Origin: Candidatus Electronema aureum
GTDB taxonomy: Bacteria; Desulfobacterota; Desulfobulbia; Desulfobulbales; Desulfobulbaceae
Direction of reading: 5' to 3'
DNA length: 32,000 nucleotides
NCBI GenBank assembly: GCA_004284765.1
Contig: NQJD01000008.1
Coordinates: forward strand, 64,490 to 96,489
A program made the translations under genes and the position numbers. Shown piece after piece: positions 31,879 through 32,000 of the stretch; within the stretch, counting starts at the first letter, position 1; each line of letters begins with the position of its first letter. A model generated the notes under the pieces. It worked only from the letters and a program-made list of their open reading frames with translations, did not search any database and was not told where the DNA came from.

Positions 31879-32000
31879 TAGAGATCTGTGAGTGATCAAT
31901 GAAATAAAATACAATCGTTGTAGTGATTAATAAATCTCCAAACAGATGCAGTTAAGTTTTCAATGCTTCTCGAAAACGACAATGTCTTCCTGACTAATGC

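Overview
All calls come from reading the sequence and ORF track by eye; no searches were run, so family names rest on motif recognition. The window looks like a bacterial chromosome segment. Its backbone is GC-rich (about 55-60% by eye) and carries housekeeping genes: asnS, folE2, a PBP4-type peptidase, a fused TIGR03960/TIGR03936-type radical SAM gene, blc, an FkpA/Mip-type FKBP, and a NifN/K-like gene plus nifB behind a sigma54 promoter. Lower-GC accessory segments interrupt this backbone.

Two loci are the best candidates for an undescribed system:
- 24380-28537: a translationally coupled cassette with its own promoter. It encodes a MoxR-type AAA+ ATPase with a large insertion, plus two FGE-sulfatase-domain proteins. 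There is no vWA partner, the canonical FGE cysteine pair is missing, and a 23-codon block is hypervariable.
- 15930-20171: an OmpR-type response regulator followed by two PRTases (PRTase_2/TRSP-like and StiP/PRTase_1-like) and two HAD phosphatases. This matches part of the Ter-linked nucleoside-like metabolite module, but no Ter genes are in the window. An A9 tract also separates the first PRTase from its SD+ATG.

Other verifiable observations:
- A 277-bp MITE with perfect 21-bp terminal inverted repeats and an 8-bp target duplication splits a beta-helix gene.
- A perfect 115-bp tandem duplication covers the 5' end of an eight-repeat secreted protein gene.
- A dense palindrome cluster lies upstream of an HU-HIG/DUF4469-like gene that has a second paralog at the window start.
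- A ~180-bp duplicate of the radical SAM gene's 5' end lies on the far side of blc.
- A low-GC, cysteine-rich orphan gene sits next to a RelE/Phd module.
- Two PR-1-like CAP lipoproteins lie in tandem.
- An IS630-type remnant lies at the right edge.

No rRNA, tRNA or CRISPR array was seen.
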